Source of the DNA: a virus
Virus record (IMG/VR): IMGVR_UViG_3300025362_000004
Coordinates: 59,583-123,582 of that record
Strand: one strand, 5' to 3'
DNA length: 64,000 nucleotides
The first letter of the stretch is position 1; each line of letters opens with the position of its first letter. Of the stretch, positions 49,223-61,163 are shown in pieces. The notes under the pieces are model-generated. The model saw only the letters and a list, made by a program, of their open reading frames with translations, did not search any database and was not told the DNA's origin. The position numbers were made by a program, and so were the translations under genes.

Positions 49223-50275
49223 ATGTCAAGCCAGATTAAAGAAATGAGAATGCAATTGACGCATACAGAAATTAAGAATATTTTAGGTCAATACGGCGTT
49301 CTACCATTTGACGAAAATGAAACAGAGATTATATTTCCTACTGCCTGTCATAATTTAAAAGGCGGCAGTCCGAAACTATATTATTATAAAAACGAAAAGA
49401 TGTTTAGATGTTATACAGAGTGTAATAAAATGTTTGATATATTTGATTTACTTATGAAGATGGACAAACTTCGTGGTATAGAAACTAATTTATCTCAGGC
49501 AATAAGAACAACTGGGGTTGATAACAACAAACCTGTTGATGTGGAAATATATAAAGATATTGAGTTTCTACGTAAAGTAACGCAAAAAACATCATATGGT
49601 CAGACTGAATTAACAGTATATGATAAAGATGTATTAAATAGATTTAGTTATGATTTAAAAGGATTAAAGTCATGGATTGATGAAGGAATTACAGAAAGGG
49701 CTATGAAGAAGTTTAACATATTATATGATAGCTTCCTTAATGCAATAGTAATACCTAATTTTGACCATGCTGGTGATTTAATAGGAATCCGAGGTAGATT
49801 TCTTAATCCAGACTCACCATATAAATACTTGCCTCTAAAGTCTTATAACACAACTTATTCTTTTCCTACTGGAAAGGTGCTATACGGACTTTATCAAAAT
49901 CAAGAGAACATAAAGAAAAAGAAAACCATAATTATATTTGAAGGAGAAAAATCAGTATTAAAAGCAGATGAATATTTAAAAGGTAATAATATTAGTGTTG
50001 CGACGCTAGGTAATAAAATCACATTAGACCATTTAAACTTATTATTATCATTAGAAGTTAATGAAGTTATGTTAGCATATGACAAAGATTTTACTAATAA
50101 GAAAGAAAGAGAAGAAACTATGGCAGAATGGGATAAATTATTAACTATATTAAAGCCATATTTTAAAGTTACATTTCTTATTGATACTGATAACCAATTA
50201 GATTTAAAGGATTCTCCTATTGATAAAGGAAAGGATGTTTTTATGGAATTAATAAAATACAGGGTGAAAAGATAA
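49223..50275 (+). CDS. DNA primase
   Basis: CH...C...C Zn finger, FEGEKS, YDKD TOPRIM. Confidence 0.85.
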   Translation: MSSQIKEMRMQLTHTEIKNILGQYGVLPFDENETEIIFPTACHNLKGGSPKLYYYKNEKMFRCYTECNKMFDIFDLLMKMDKLRGIETNLSQAIRTTGVDNNKPVDVEIYKDIEFLRKVTQKTSYGQTELTVYDKDVLNRFSYDLKGLKSWIDEGITERAMKKFNILYDSFLNAIVIPNFDHAGDLIGIRGRFLNPDSPYKYLPLKSYNTTYSFPTGKVLYGLYQNQENIKKKKTIIIFEGEKSVLKADEYLKGNNISVATLGNKITLDHLNLLLSLEVNEVMLAYDKDFTNKKEREETMAEWDKLLTILKPYFKVTFLIDTDNQLDLKDSPIDKGKDVFMELIKYRVKR

Positions 50276-52059
50276 TGAGTAGTAAAATTAGATATAGAGT
50301 GAAACCGAACACGAGCATTAATTTGAATTCAGCTAATCCAGTAAAGGATTATTTAGAAGCACTTGGTATAGAGAATGCGTTCAGTTTTATAGAGAGACCA
50401 AGATTAGAAGACCAAGAATTTTACGGAAATTTAGACAATATTGAAGAGGCAGCAGAATTATTATATAAGGGATTTAAAGAGAACAAAATATTTTTCCTAC
50501 AAGTCGATAGCGACGTGGATGGTATTACAAGTTCAGCAATATTTTATTCGTTTTTCAAAAGACTCTTTCCAGAAGCAAAAATAAGATATAGACTTCATGA
50601 AGGTAAAGAGCATGGGGTTATAGTGGATACAGTTCCGCTAGATACAGATTATGTTATTATACCAGATGCGGGAACCATGCAATATAAACAGCAACAAGAA
50701 ATGGTTGAATTAGGTTATCAAGTTATTATTATGGACCACCATAATGCTGATGAATTTATAGAAATGGAAAACGTATGTGTTGTAAATAACCAAATGTCCG
50801 AGAACTTTAATAACAAGAGTTTGAGTGGTGCTGGAGTAGTTTATAAAGTTATTCAAGCATTTAACTTTTTATATCAAGATGAATTTCCAATCATCTATCA
50901 AGATTTCGTTGATTTAGCCGCATTGGGGATTGTCGCAGATATGATGGATACTAGGAACTTAGATAACAATTATATTATTTATAAAGGTTTAAGTAATATT
51001 AAAAATCCTATGTTTAAAGCGTTATTAGAAAAGCAAGCTTATAGTGTCACAAGCACGGAGAATCCAACAAAGATAGACGTAGCATTTTATGTAGCACCAT
51101 TAATGAATGGAGTTATTAGATATGGAACTGAAAATGATAAAGCAGAATTATTTAAAGGATTCATTGATTACCATAATGAAGAAATAATTGAAACAACTTA
51201 TGCTGGCAATCTAAGAAGAGAAAAGTATTATGAGTTCGTTGCTAGAAATTCATATAATGTAAAAGAAAAACAGAATCGTGAGAAATTAAAATTCATGAAA
51301 TATCTTTGTGATAGAATTGATGCAGATAAAAGTTATGAGAATCAATTACTTATTGTAAAAGCTTCGAAAGAAGATGATGTAGCTATACCAAAAACAATCA
51401 CTGGTTTAGTGGCTATGGAATTATTAAAGAAATATAAGAAACCTACTTTACTATTAAGACCAAAAATGATAGATAACGAATTATATTATGCAGGAAGTGG
51501 TCGTGGTAAACAGAATGGAGATTTTACTTCATTAATGCATTTCTTAAGAGAAAGCGGATTAGTTGAATACGCCGAAGGGCATGGAATGGCGCATGGTGTA
51601 ATGATAAGAGAAGATAATATTGATAGACTAATTGAATACGCTAATAAAAAATTAAAACACATTGAGTTTGATGTAAACTCATTGGAAGTAGATTTTATGT
51701 TCACAGAAATGAATATTAATAGAAATTTAATAACTCAATTTGGTTCAATAAATCATATTTATGGTAATGGAATACAACAACCTAAATTTGCATTTGAATT
51801 AATGATAGATAAAATGGCAATTAATTTTATCGGTAGAGGAGAAAATACAGTCAAATTTAGAGTTAATGGGGTAGATTTTATTAAATTTAATAATAAAGCT
51901 CTAGCCACTCAGCTAAAAGAGATTGAAGAACCAACAATAAAAGCTACCGTTATAGGTAGAGCACAAGTAAACGAGTGGGGTGGAAATATAACTCCACAAA
52001 TAATGATAGATGATATAGAGGTGGAAGGATATGAGCAAGAACTCAACAAACTCTTTTAG
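50275..52059 (+). CDS. recJ: RecJ-like DHH exonuclease
   Basis: DSDVDG, DHH, SGAGV, GSGRG, GH..AHG. Confidence 0.9.
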   Translation: MSSKIRYRVKPNTSINLNSANPVKDYLEALGIENAFSFIERPRLEDQEFYGNLDNIEEAAELLYKGFKENKIFFLQVDSDVDGITSSAIFYSFFKRLFPEAKIRYRLHEGKEHGVIVDTVPLDTDYVIIPDAGTMQYKQQQEMVELGYQVIIMDHHNADEFIEMENVCVVNNQMSENFNNKSLSGAGVVYKVIQAFNFLYQDEFPIIYQDFVDLAALGIVADMMDTRNLDNNYIIYKGLSNIKNPMFKALLEKQAYSVTSTENPTKIDVAFYVAPLMNGVIRYGTENDKAELFKGFIDYHNEEIIETTYAGNLRREKYYEFVARNSYNVKEKQNREKLKFMKYLCDRIDADKSYENQLLIVKASKEDDVAIPKTITGLVAMELLKKYKKPTLLLRPKMIDNELYYAGSGRGKQNGDFTSLMHFLRESGLVEYAEGHGMAHGVMIREDNIDRLIEYANKKLKHIEFDVNSLEVDFMFTEMNINRNLITQFGSINHIYGNGIQQPKFAFELMIDKMAINFIGRGENTVKFRVNGVDFIKFNNKALATQLKEIEEPTIKATVIGRAQVNEWGGNITPQIMIDDIEVEGYEQELNKLF

Positions 52060-52258
52060 TCTAGAAGGGTTATTTAGAAAAAGGGGTATTTCATTATATC
52101 ACGCAGATGGTATTGAGAGAAGCCCTATAGATATAATTGAAGATTTATATATAAGACTTAACCAACGGGAATTAAGTACATTATTTTATGAAATTGGGGA
52201 AGAGGAAGATTTGGGAAATAACATTTTCCAAAGGGAGAGAGAACAGAATGAAAATTAA
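52031..52258 (+). CDS. hypothetical protein
   Basis: Overlapping ORF. Confidence 0.65.
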   Translation: MSKNSTNSFSLEGLFRKRGISLYHADGIERSPIDIIEDLYIRLNQRELSTLFYEIGEEEDLGNNIFQREREQNEN

Positions 52259-52805
52259 TTTAATTGAATTAATGCCAATACAACAAGAAGTAAATGATGT
52301 TGTTATTAAAAGACTTGGTAGAAAAGTATCAATAGATGAATACATATTAGCATTTAATGTAGAGTTATTTGAATACTTTAACGCAATCGGGACTTGAAAA
52401 TGGTGAAAACAAAGCCATAAACAAGATAGAGAAAAAATACTTGACGAGCTAGCGGATTGCTTTGCGTTTTTCTTATCTGTGCTTTTAAGGTCAGATGAAG
52501 TTATGGAAGAACGAGGTAAAAATAAGATGTCTAAAACTGCCGAAAGAGAAGTTGAAGATACGCTTAATTTACTTTTAAAAGACCAAGAAAGAGACAACAT
52601 AGATACAACAAAATTAATAAATAGTTGGATTACTATGATTGCCTGTGACCATGAGACTGAAGATAATGTATTCACAACTCAAAGATTCTCAGTAGCAATT
52701 TTTTTAGCAACACAATTATTTGAAAACATAACTTGAAGTGAAATTACTGAAGCATATAAACAAAAATCAAAGGTCAATATTGACCGACAAAACGGAGGGT
52801 ATTAA
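52248..52805 (+). CDS. dimeric (all-alpha) dUTPase, 3 TGA=Trp
   Basis: VELFE..N.IGT*KW*K...LDELAD...K..VNIDRQ.GGY; TGA at 52395, 52404, 52734. Confidence 0.85.
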
Positions 52806-52807
52806 AA

Positions 52808-53215
52808 ATGAAAAAATTTATTAATGGAATGTGGGTAGCAGATAATCTAAACGAACCAGCACCTGAACAATTATCAGGAACTTTATCAGCAACTGCAACT
52901 ATTAGCGGGACGACTCTTAATTTAACAGATTATACTACTACTGATAGTGTTGATTGGAGTGGAACCTCTATTTCTGGTACAACTACTTGCTGGCCATACT
53001 ATGACGGATATCCATACTACTGGATTCCAAATTATGGTTGGTCTTATCATTCATGTGAACAACCAGCTTATCAAGCTCTTAGTTGGAATGGAACTACTAT
53101 ACTTTATCGTTTCTTAACTAACTGTATTGAATATGCAATTATTGAAGCTGGAGAAAGTATAGAATTTGCAACAGCAGATAAGTTAGAAGAAATTTTAACG
53201 TTACTAAGAGATTAA
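52808..53215 (+). CDS. hypothetical protein
   Basis: GGAGG RBS. Confidence 0.7.
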   Translation: MKKFINGMWVADNLNEPAPEQLSGTLSATATISGTTLNLTDYTTTDSVDWSGTSISGTTTCWPYYDGYPYYWIPNYGWSYHSCEQPAYQALSWNGTTILYRFLTNCIEYAIIEAGESIEFATADKLEEILTLLRD

Positions 53216-53333
53216 TTTCTGATACACCGCGTGCGGCGATTTAAGCATGGTAGAAAATTTTCAACATTTTGCACAACCATAAAGTTGAAAATTTTCCTAT
53301 TTTGTGTTATACTATATGTATAGAGGTGATAAA

Positions 53334-54284
53334 ATGTTAGTTTATAAATTTATTAATACTGTTAACGAAAAATCTTACATAGGTATTACAACAAAAATTT
53401 TAGAAGAGAGAAAATTATTACATATAAGAGACGCTATGAACCATAATACTAATTCTATTTTTCATAAAGCGATAAGAAAATATGGAATAAAGTCTTTTAA
53501 AATCGAAGTCTTAGAAGATAACATAGAGGATAAAGAGGAATTAAAAGAAAGGGAAATATTTTATATATTAAAATATAATACTCATTATATTGAAGGATAT
53601 GGTTATAATATGACTCATGGAGGAGATTTAATGAATTCAGGTGAAGACCATCCAAGCTCTAAAATGACAAACGATGAAGTTAAAGAGATAAGAGAATTAC
53701 TTAAAAATACATCTTTGACGTATCCAGATATTGTTAAAAAATTAAACTTAAATGTAACAGGGAATCAAATCTATTACATAAACAACGGCGAACAATGGAA
53801 TGATTCGAATACAGAATATCCAATTAGAAAAAATCCAAAATCAATAAGTAAAACAGGGGAAAATAATCCAGCTGCAAAGTTGACAGATGAAAAAGTTTTA
53901 GAAATAATAGAGTTATTAAAAAATACTAGACTTAGCCAACAAGAAATTGCCGATAAATATAATATGCATAGGAATATGATTAACTATATAAATACCTGTA
54001 AGAGTTGGAAACATTTACATAATTTCAAAAACAATATAAGACAGGAATCTGGTATGAGTACAGAGAATAGAAAAATGCGGATAGGCGATAAAAAGACAAT
54101 AGAAATAATAGAACTTTTACAAACTAATATGTTACAAAAAGATATTTCAAAAAAAACTGGCATCGGTACTGTAACAATAAGTAAAATAAACAACTGCAAA
54201 GTAGGAAAATATTTACACAAATTTAAAAAGAACATTCGTAGAGAATGGAAAGGTGGTGGTACGGGTTATGAAAAAGATAAATAG
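53334..54284 (+). CDS. free-standing GIY-YIG homing endonuclease
   Basis: LVYKF...SYIGIT, GYNMT.GG, repeated KLT..V.EI HTH modules. Confidence 0.9.
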   Translation: MLVYKFINTVNEKSYIGITTKILEERKLLHIRDAMNHNTNSIFHKAIRKYGIKSFKIEVLEDNIEDKEELKEREIFYILKYNTHYIEGYGYNMTHGGDLMNSGEDHPSSKMTNDEVKEIRELLKNTSLTYPDIVKKLNLNVTGNQIYYINNGEQWNDSNTEYPIRKNPKSISKTGENNPAAKLTDEKVLEIIELLKNTRLSQQEIADKYNMHRNMINYINTCKSWKHLHNFKNNIRQESGMSTENRKMRIGDKKTIEIIELLQTNMLQKDISKKTGIGTVTISKINNCKVGKYLHKFKKNIRREWKGGGTGYEKDK

Positions 54285-57200
54285 TTATACTAGTTTACAT
54301 AACCATACGTAACTGATTATAGTAATTTACGTTTGATTGACTCAATAAACACGGTAGATAAACTTATAGACCGTGCTTTTGAGCTTAATCTGAAAGGTGT
54401 TGCTATAACTGACCATGATGCATTAAGCGGTCATGTAAAAGCAATTAACTATTATAACAAGAAGTATAAAGATGAAGATTTTAAACTTATACTCGGTAAT
54501 GAAATATATCTTACTCGTAGAGATTTAACTTCAGACAATCATGTAAAAGGCGAAAAGTTCTATCACCTATTACTTTTAGCAAAAGATAAAATAGGACATA
54601 AACAATTAAGAGAAATATCAAGTAAAGCTTGGGGTAGAGCATATTATAAAAACATAATGAGAGTCCCAACTTTCATAACAGACCTACAAAAGATTATAGG
54701 TAGAAGCCCAGGTCACTTAGTAGCAACTACTGCTTGTTTAGGTGGATATACTGGGCACATGTTCGCAATGAATGACTTTGATAAAATTACAGAGTTCCTT
54801 TCAACTATGGAAGGAATATTCGGTAAAGGGAATTTCTTTGTCGAATTACAACCGTCAAATAGTGAAGACCAAATAGCATACAATAAGCATATGATTATTA
54901 ATCATTGGAAAGATTATCCTTTTGTATTCACAACAGATAGTCATTATCTTAAAAAAGAAGATAGAGAAATGCATAAGAAATTCTTACATAGTAAGAGTGG
55001 AGATAGAGAAGTAGATGCTTTCTATTCAGCCGCATATCTTATGTCATATCAAGAAGTCGTATCTTATTTTAATACATATATCTCAATGCCAAAAATTGAA
55101 GATATGAAAAATAATACAAACAAAATACTTAATATGATTGAAGATTATGATTTAAACCATAGCCAAGTCGTTCCTAAAGTTAGATACGAACAAGAAAGAT
55201 TTGACCAAGAAAAATTAAGAATAGTAAAAGATTTATTCAAAGAGAACAACTTAGATAAATACAAATACCTTAACCTGTTTATTAATGGCCATTCAGCCGC
55301 GAACAGATACCTAATGGATTTAGTATTTGAAGGTTATTATGACAAGATATATTCTATTTCTTCTGAAATAACGATAGAAGAAAGAATGAAAAGACTTGAC
55401 TACGAATTAGAACAAATCTATGAAACATCAGTAAAAATCGACCAATCACTTTCAGATTACTTTATAACTATGGCAAAAATGATTGAGATTATTTGGAACG
55501 AAGCAGATAGTTTAGTTGGTCCAGGTCGTGGTTCAGCTGCGGGATTCTTAATCAATTATTTGATTGGTATTACTCAGTTAGACCCACAAACACAAATGTT
55601 ATACTTACCGCCATGGAGATTTATTCATGCCGATAGACCAGGGTTACCTGATATTGATGTTGATACTGAATCAACGAAAAGACTTAAAATATTCAATAAA
55701 CTACAAAGTTATTTCAATAGTATCGGTGCAGACTTAATTAATGTTTGTACATTTGGGACTGAAGGAAGTAAATCAGCATTAAGAACTGCTGGTAGAAGTT
55801 TAGAATTAGATGATTCATTCGTTGGATACTTAACATCAATGGTTCCTAGTGAGCGTGGGTTTGATTTAACTCTTACCCAATGTTTCTATGGTGATGATGA
55901 ACATAAACCTGTAAAACAATTTTTAGAAGAAATGAATAAGAATCCTGATTTATGGGAACTTGCAATAGCAATTGAAGGATTAATAACACGTATTGGGGTT
56001 CATGCCGCAGGTGTTTTAATCACGAATGAAGACCCAACCCTACATAGTTCAATTATGAAAACTAGTCGTGGTGTAGTTGTAAGTGCTTATAATCTTGATG
56101 ATAGTGAACAAATTGGTGGGCTTAAATATGATATGTTAACTGTGCAAGCACTTGACAAAATTCATGCGACAATGAACTACTTACTAGATGACCATTCAAT
56201 ACAATGGCAAGGAACATTAAGAGATACATATAATAAGTATCTACTTCCAGCAAATCTAAATTATACTGAACCTGAAATGTGGAAGAAACTTGGAGATGGA
56301 GATATAGTTGATATTTTCCAATTTGATACTGCTGTTGGTTCACAAGCAATTGTAAAAATTAAACCACAAAATATTGGTGAACTAGCAGTTGCAAACTCTA
56401 TAATGAGATTAATGTCGCAAGGTGAAATGGAACAACCACTTGAAACATATGTAAAATATAAAAATAATATAAGCCTTTGGTATAGAGAAATGGAAATGTA
56501 TGGTCTTTCAGAAGAAGAAATGGATTCTTTAGAGAAGTACTTGAAGCCACTTTACGGAGTAGCAGATTCTCAAGAAGCAGTTATGCAACTTACAATGGAG
56601 CCAAAAATAACAAACTTTAATCTTACTGAAGCAAACTCATTAAGAAAAGCGATTGCTAAAAAGAAAGCAGATATTCTTGCTAAAACAAAAACAATGTTTT
56701 ATGATAAAGGTAACGAATTAGGAACAAGTCTTAATCTGTTAAATTATGTATGGAATGTTCAAATTGGTAGACAAATTGGATACTCATTTAGTTTACTACA
56801 TACAATGGCTTATTCAACAATCGCATTACAACAAATGAACTTATCATATTTTTATCCAGATATCTATTGGAAAACAGCATGTCTTTCAGTTAATGCTGGG
56901 GCGATAAATGAAGAAGATTATTATAATTTAGTTGAAGAAGGAATCATTGAATTAACAGATGAAGATGATGTCAGAACACAAACTAAAATTCAATACGGAA
57001 AAGTAGCATCTGCTATTAGTAATTTCCGCGGCGACATCAACATAAAATTACCAGACATAAATTTATCAAGATTGGGATTTACTCCTGATGTAAAAGAAAA
57101 TACTATTCGTTATGGTATTAAAGGTATCTCAAGAGTTGGAGAACATATTATCCAAGAGATAATTTTGAATAGACCTTATACAAGTTTAGTTGATTTCTTA

Positions 57201-58175
57201 GATAAGTTAAATAATGGTAAAAAGAAAAAAGTTATTTCAAAAGAAAAAGTAGTTAATTTGATTAAAGCGGGAGCTTTTGATAAACTTGAGGATAAACCAA
57301 GAGGAGAGATTTTAATTAATTTTATGCATATGATTGCAGACCAAAAGAAAAATCTTACTTTATCAAACTTCTTAATGTTAATTAGAAAAAACTTAGTTCC
57401 TATCGAATACGAAGAAGAAAAGAAATGTTATATGTTCACGAAATATATTCGTAAGAGTAGATATGATAACTCTTATGTTCTTGACGAAGTAGCGCAAGAT
57501 TACTTCTTTGAGAGATTCCCTAAAGAAAAAACAAAGACTTTAATTCAAGATGAAGAAGAAGTTATTGTAATTTCAGAAAGTTGGTGGGATAGTGTTTATA
57601 ATACATTTATGAATAGAATACGTGAATGGTTAAAAATAAATAAAGAAGAATTATTAAAAAAACTAAATAATGAATTATATTTAGAAGAATATAATAAATA
57701 TGCACAAGGTGATATTTTAGATTGGGAACTTCAATCAATAAACTTCTTTTATAGTGGACATCCGCTTAAAGATATTGAAATACCAATAGAACATACAAAG
57801 CTTGCTGATGTAAATGACCCAGAAATAGTTGGATTTTTCCAAATCAAAGGTAAGCAAATTCCTGAGTTTAGACTTTATACTATAATCGGAACGGTTATAG
57901 ATAAAAATAGACAAAATGGTCATGTTACATTATCAACTCCTGATGGAGTAATTGATATTAAATTCTATAAATCACAATTCTCAAAGCTAGTTCATGAAGA
58001 CGAAGAATTAGCCGAAGAAAACTATTTTGAAAAAGGAAATCATTTAATGATAACTGGTATGAAACGTGGAGACATCTTCGTACCAAAAGCATATAAGAAA
58101 ACGGGTATTGATGCTGTTCTTTTAATGCACCTCGATGAAGATAGAAAATTTATAGGATTTAGAAAGAAAGCATAA
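54268..58175 (+). CDS. dnaE: DNA polymerase III alpha; N-terminal PHP motif broken by a 5-nt insertion near 54309
   Basis: SLHNHT/DYS, AITDH, GRGSAAG, PDIDVD, HAAG. Confidence 0.9.
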
Positions 58176-59338
58176 TGAAAGTAACTATTTGGGATATGGA
58201 CTTTTATAATAAAAAGTCCTTCCTACCTAATCCAACATTAATGAAAATCTCTTCTTTTCATAAACAACAAGGGCACGTTGTTAATTTTGTGGAAGAGAAA
58301 CATCACCTTAGTATGGCTTATGATATTTTCTATATTATGAGAAAGAAAAGAAAAACACCTAGACCTTCGTCAAAATTAATAGACGATAATAGAGTTAGAT
58401 TACTTGGAGAAAGTTTTAAACCGTTTGATAATTATTGGGAAATAGATGCGGTTATTGCCGCTGTTCGCCCAGATTATATGCTATACCCCGATGATGACAA
58501 ACATAATCCTTACTATAACGCTAGCTTTGTTCAATTCTACCATGATGGAAAATTACTTACGATGAAACAACCATTTGAGAATACTAAGAAGTATCACAAA
58601 AAGACGGTTGTTATAGATGAAGACTTCTGGGAACATTCCGATGAAAATGTGATTTTATGTCTAACTGAGTTAACAACTTATAAAAATGTTGCGTTTTTGG
58701 CTCCAATAAAGCTTAAAAAAATAATAGATTCAGAAGAAATTAGGAAATGTTTTCTAAAAATTATTTTTTCAAAAGGAACAATTTTTAAATTTCAAAACAA
58801 TATAGGTTCTAGCTATAAAAACGCAAGCACCATGTTCGATTTTATTGAAGATTTAAAGGAAGTAAATGAGAAATGTAAGTTAGGAAGCGTACCTATCAGA
58901 ATTGTATCTTCTAATCATTGGGAAGATAAACAGAATGCAGTTGACGATTTAGAGCGATGCTTAAAGATTATGTCAGAAGCAAAAAGAAGAAAGATACATA
59001 TTATTCTTGTCTCACCTACACGAGAAGATTTTGAAACACCTTATTGGTATTATTTTGAAATCCTGCAATCTTGGAGTATAAATTTCTATGATAAAAGTTA
59101 TATCGAACTAATGCTTTATAGTAGTGTATCTAGGTTTAATTTGCCGTGGTATGCTATATTGAATGATAGTATGAAGTGGAGTTTACCTAACGCTAATCAT
59201 TTATTAGCGGTAATTACGCAAAAAAGAGAATGGATAGAAAAATATGGTTATGTACAATGGGGCGAAAAAGAGTTAGAGAAGGAATTAATAAATTGGAAAG
59301 AAATAGAAAAATTTACAGGAGGCGAGATAATTGATTAA
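58175..59338 (+). CDS. hypothetical protein (N-terminus resembles phage radical-SAM-associated PN..LMKIS family)
   Basis: LPNPTLMKISSFHK...RPDY.LY; no CxxxCxxC seen. Confidence 0.6.
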   Translation: MKVTIWDMDFYNKKSFLPNPTLMKISSFHKQQGHVVNFVEEKHHLSMAYDIFYIMRKKRKTPRPSSKLIDDNRVRLLGESFKPFDNYWEIDAVIAAVRPDYMLYPDDDKHNPYYNASFVQFYHDGKLLTMKQPFENTKKYHKKTVVIDEDFWEHSDENVILCLTELTTYKNVAFLAPIKLKKIIDSEEIRKCFLKIIFSKGTIFKFQNNIGSSYKNASTMFDFIEDLKEVNEKCKLGSVPIRIVSSNHWEDKQNAVDDLERCLKIMSEAKRRKIHIILVSPTREDFETPYWYYFEILQSWSINFYDKSYIELMLYSSVSRFNLPWYAILNDSMKWSLPNANHLLAVITQKREWIEKYGYVQWGEKELEKELINWKEIEKFTGGEIID

Positions 59339-59894
59339 AGAGATGCATGTAGATATAGAAACAACAGGTTTTAGTAGAGAATGGGATTTTATTTTAGAAA
59401 TTGCGGCTATTATATATGATTCAGAAACAGATAAAGAATTGACTAGATTCCACGAATATATTAAACCAGGCAAAACTATATCAAAGAAAATTACAGATAT
59501 AACTGGTATCACAAACGACCAAGTTAAAAACTGTAGAAATGAGTTTGAAGTCCTAACTGATTACATAGAATGGGTATTTATAAATAAACCAGATGTAGAA
59601 ATAGGACACAATGTAAAAACGTTTGACCATCAATTCTTTGCAAGAAAATGTGAAAAATATAGAATAACTATGTATGATATAGAAATTATAGATACTTTAA
59701 AACTTGCAAGACAAATGAGTAAAGACGGAAAAATAAAAGTTGCTAATCATAAACAACCAACTATTGCACAGTATTTTAATATAGACTACCAAGCGCATAG
59801 TGCGATTGAAGATATATTAGCAAACAGAAAAATGTATAAAAAAATGACAGTTGAAACCGGCGTGAAAAGTAAGAGAAAAGAGCTAGGTTTTTAA
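59331..59894 (+). CDS. DnaQ-like DEDDh exonuclease
   Basis: DIETTG, GHN..FD, HSAIED. Confidence 0.9.
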   Translation: MIKEMHVDIETTGFSREWDFILEIAAIIYDSETDKELTRFHEYIKPGKTISKKITDITGITNDQVKNCRNEFEVLTDYIEWVFINKPDVEIGHNVKTFDHQFFARKCEKYRITMYDIEIIDTLKLARQMSKDGKIKVANHKQPTIAQYFNIDYQAHSAIEDILANRKMYKKMTVETGVKSKRKELGF

Positions 59895-59907
59895 CAGAGG
59901 TGATTAC

Positions 59908-60087
59908 ATGTCAAAATTAGATTTCACTAATATTAGTGATAAAGAATTATTAGAACTTGAGAAAAATGAAGATTCAGCGATTGGGAAAAAATTAATTAAA
60001 ATGATTTATGACCCAGAACTTGGAGAACATTATGAAAAGTTAGAAGAAATCAAGCAAGAAAAAGACCGCAGAAATTTAGATGGCTAG
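59908..60087 (+). CDS. hypothetical protein
   Basis: GAGGTG RBS, short ORF. Confidence 0.6.
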   Translation: MSKLDFTNISDKELLELEKNEDSAIGKKLIKMIYDPELGEHYEKLEEIKQEKDRRNLDG

Positions 60088-60820
60088 GTTAAGTAAAGCT
60101 CAATTCTTAGAAGAACTTGAAAATAAAAATCTGACTTTGGATACACAGTCAGAAGAATATAAAAATATAAGTTCTCCAATTCTCGTTAACTGTAAGGAAG
60201 GACATAGAATAGAAACTAATTTGAAAACAATTAGAAGAACTAATTTTAGATGTCCAGTTTGCGAAGGAGAATCGTCTACAGGATTGAGTACACCTAATCC
60301 GCAATCAGTTCCACCTAAAAAGGGATACAGAATTATTGGGATTGATAATGCGACGCAAAGTTTTGGTTTAAGTATATTCGAGAGTGGCAAATTAATTTAT
60401 TATACGTTGTTGACTTTTAGCGGCGATACGACAGCACGATTAAATGCGATAAGAGATGCCATGGAGAATATGATTATACCAGTTTGAGAACCAGATTTTG
60501 TTCAGTTTGAAGACGTGCAATTACAAGGACAAGGATTCGGCAAAGGATTTAAAACTTATGAGGTTTTAGTTAAATTAGTTGGATTACTTGAAATGAGTTG
60601 TGCTAGATTTGGAATTAGATATAGTAAAGTAAGAAGTAATATCTGGAGAAGTAATTTCTTAATTAATGGAAAGGGTAGGACTGAAGAAAAGAAAAAATCT
60701 ATTGCAAAGGTAAAAGAAATGTATGGAGTTACACTTAATGATGATATTGCAGAAGCAATACTTATTGGGAAATACAGAGTTACATTACATGAAAAAAGTG
60801 AACGAAAAGATTTATTTTAA
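60080..60820 (+). CDS. Zn-ribbon plus RuvC-like resolvase, TGA=Trp at 60485
   Basis: IIGID..T..G, V*EPDFVQFED, DDIAEAILIG. Confidence 0.8.
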
Positions 60821-60825
60821 TAGAA

Positions 60826-60859
60826 AAAGACTTAGCAAAGGCTAAGTCTTATTTTTTTT
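60826..60859. terminator. bidirectional terminator between convergent modules
   Basis: AAGACTTAGC-AAAG-GCTAAGTCTT flanked by A and T runs. Confidence 0.8.
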
Positions 60860-61163
60860 ATACTTCTACATATTGTGACGCCTGTGCAGATATACTTTTA
60901 CCAGTTGCTGTGGCTGTAGCATAAATTGTTGTATACGGAGTCGTAGAGCCTGCAACTATTTCAATAGTTTTTGATAGATAAGTAATTCCAGTGTAGTCAC
61001 TGCCGCCGCTATTAATTGTTGCCGTCACGGTGTCATTATTTTGTACTTTTCAGTAAACGTCATAGAATCTAAATCCATCATAAACAATTGAATAGTCTGT
61101 TATTGTTGGAGTCGTAGTTGGCTCTTTTTGTTGACTTAATACTCCAAATAAGATAATACTAAT
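60858..61163 (-). CDS. small virion-associated protein, one TGA=Trp, probable ATT start
   Basis: Open frame with one TGA; AGGTGA RBS. Confidence 0.55.

Noticed and set aside
53304-54284. GIY-YIG as an intron-encoded ORF inside dnaE
   Set aside because: No upstream dnaE exon or intron core found; it has its own promoter and RBS, and the dnaE start lies at its 3' end
149-60390. Short minus-strand track ORFs (e.g. 860, 15525, 20625, 33745, 37547, 52181, 60100)
   Set aside because: Antisense shadows of well-supported plus-strand genes or RNAs, with no RBS or motifs
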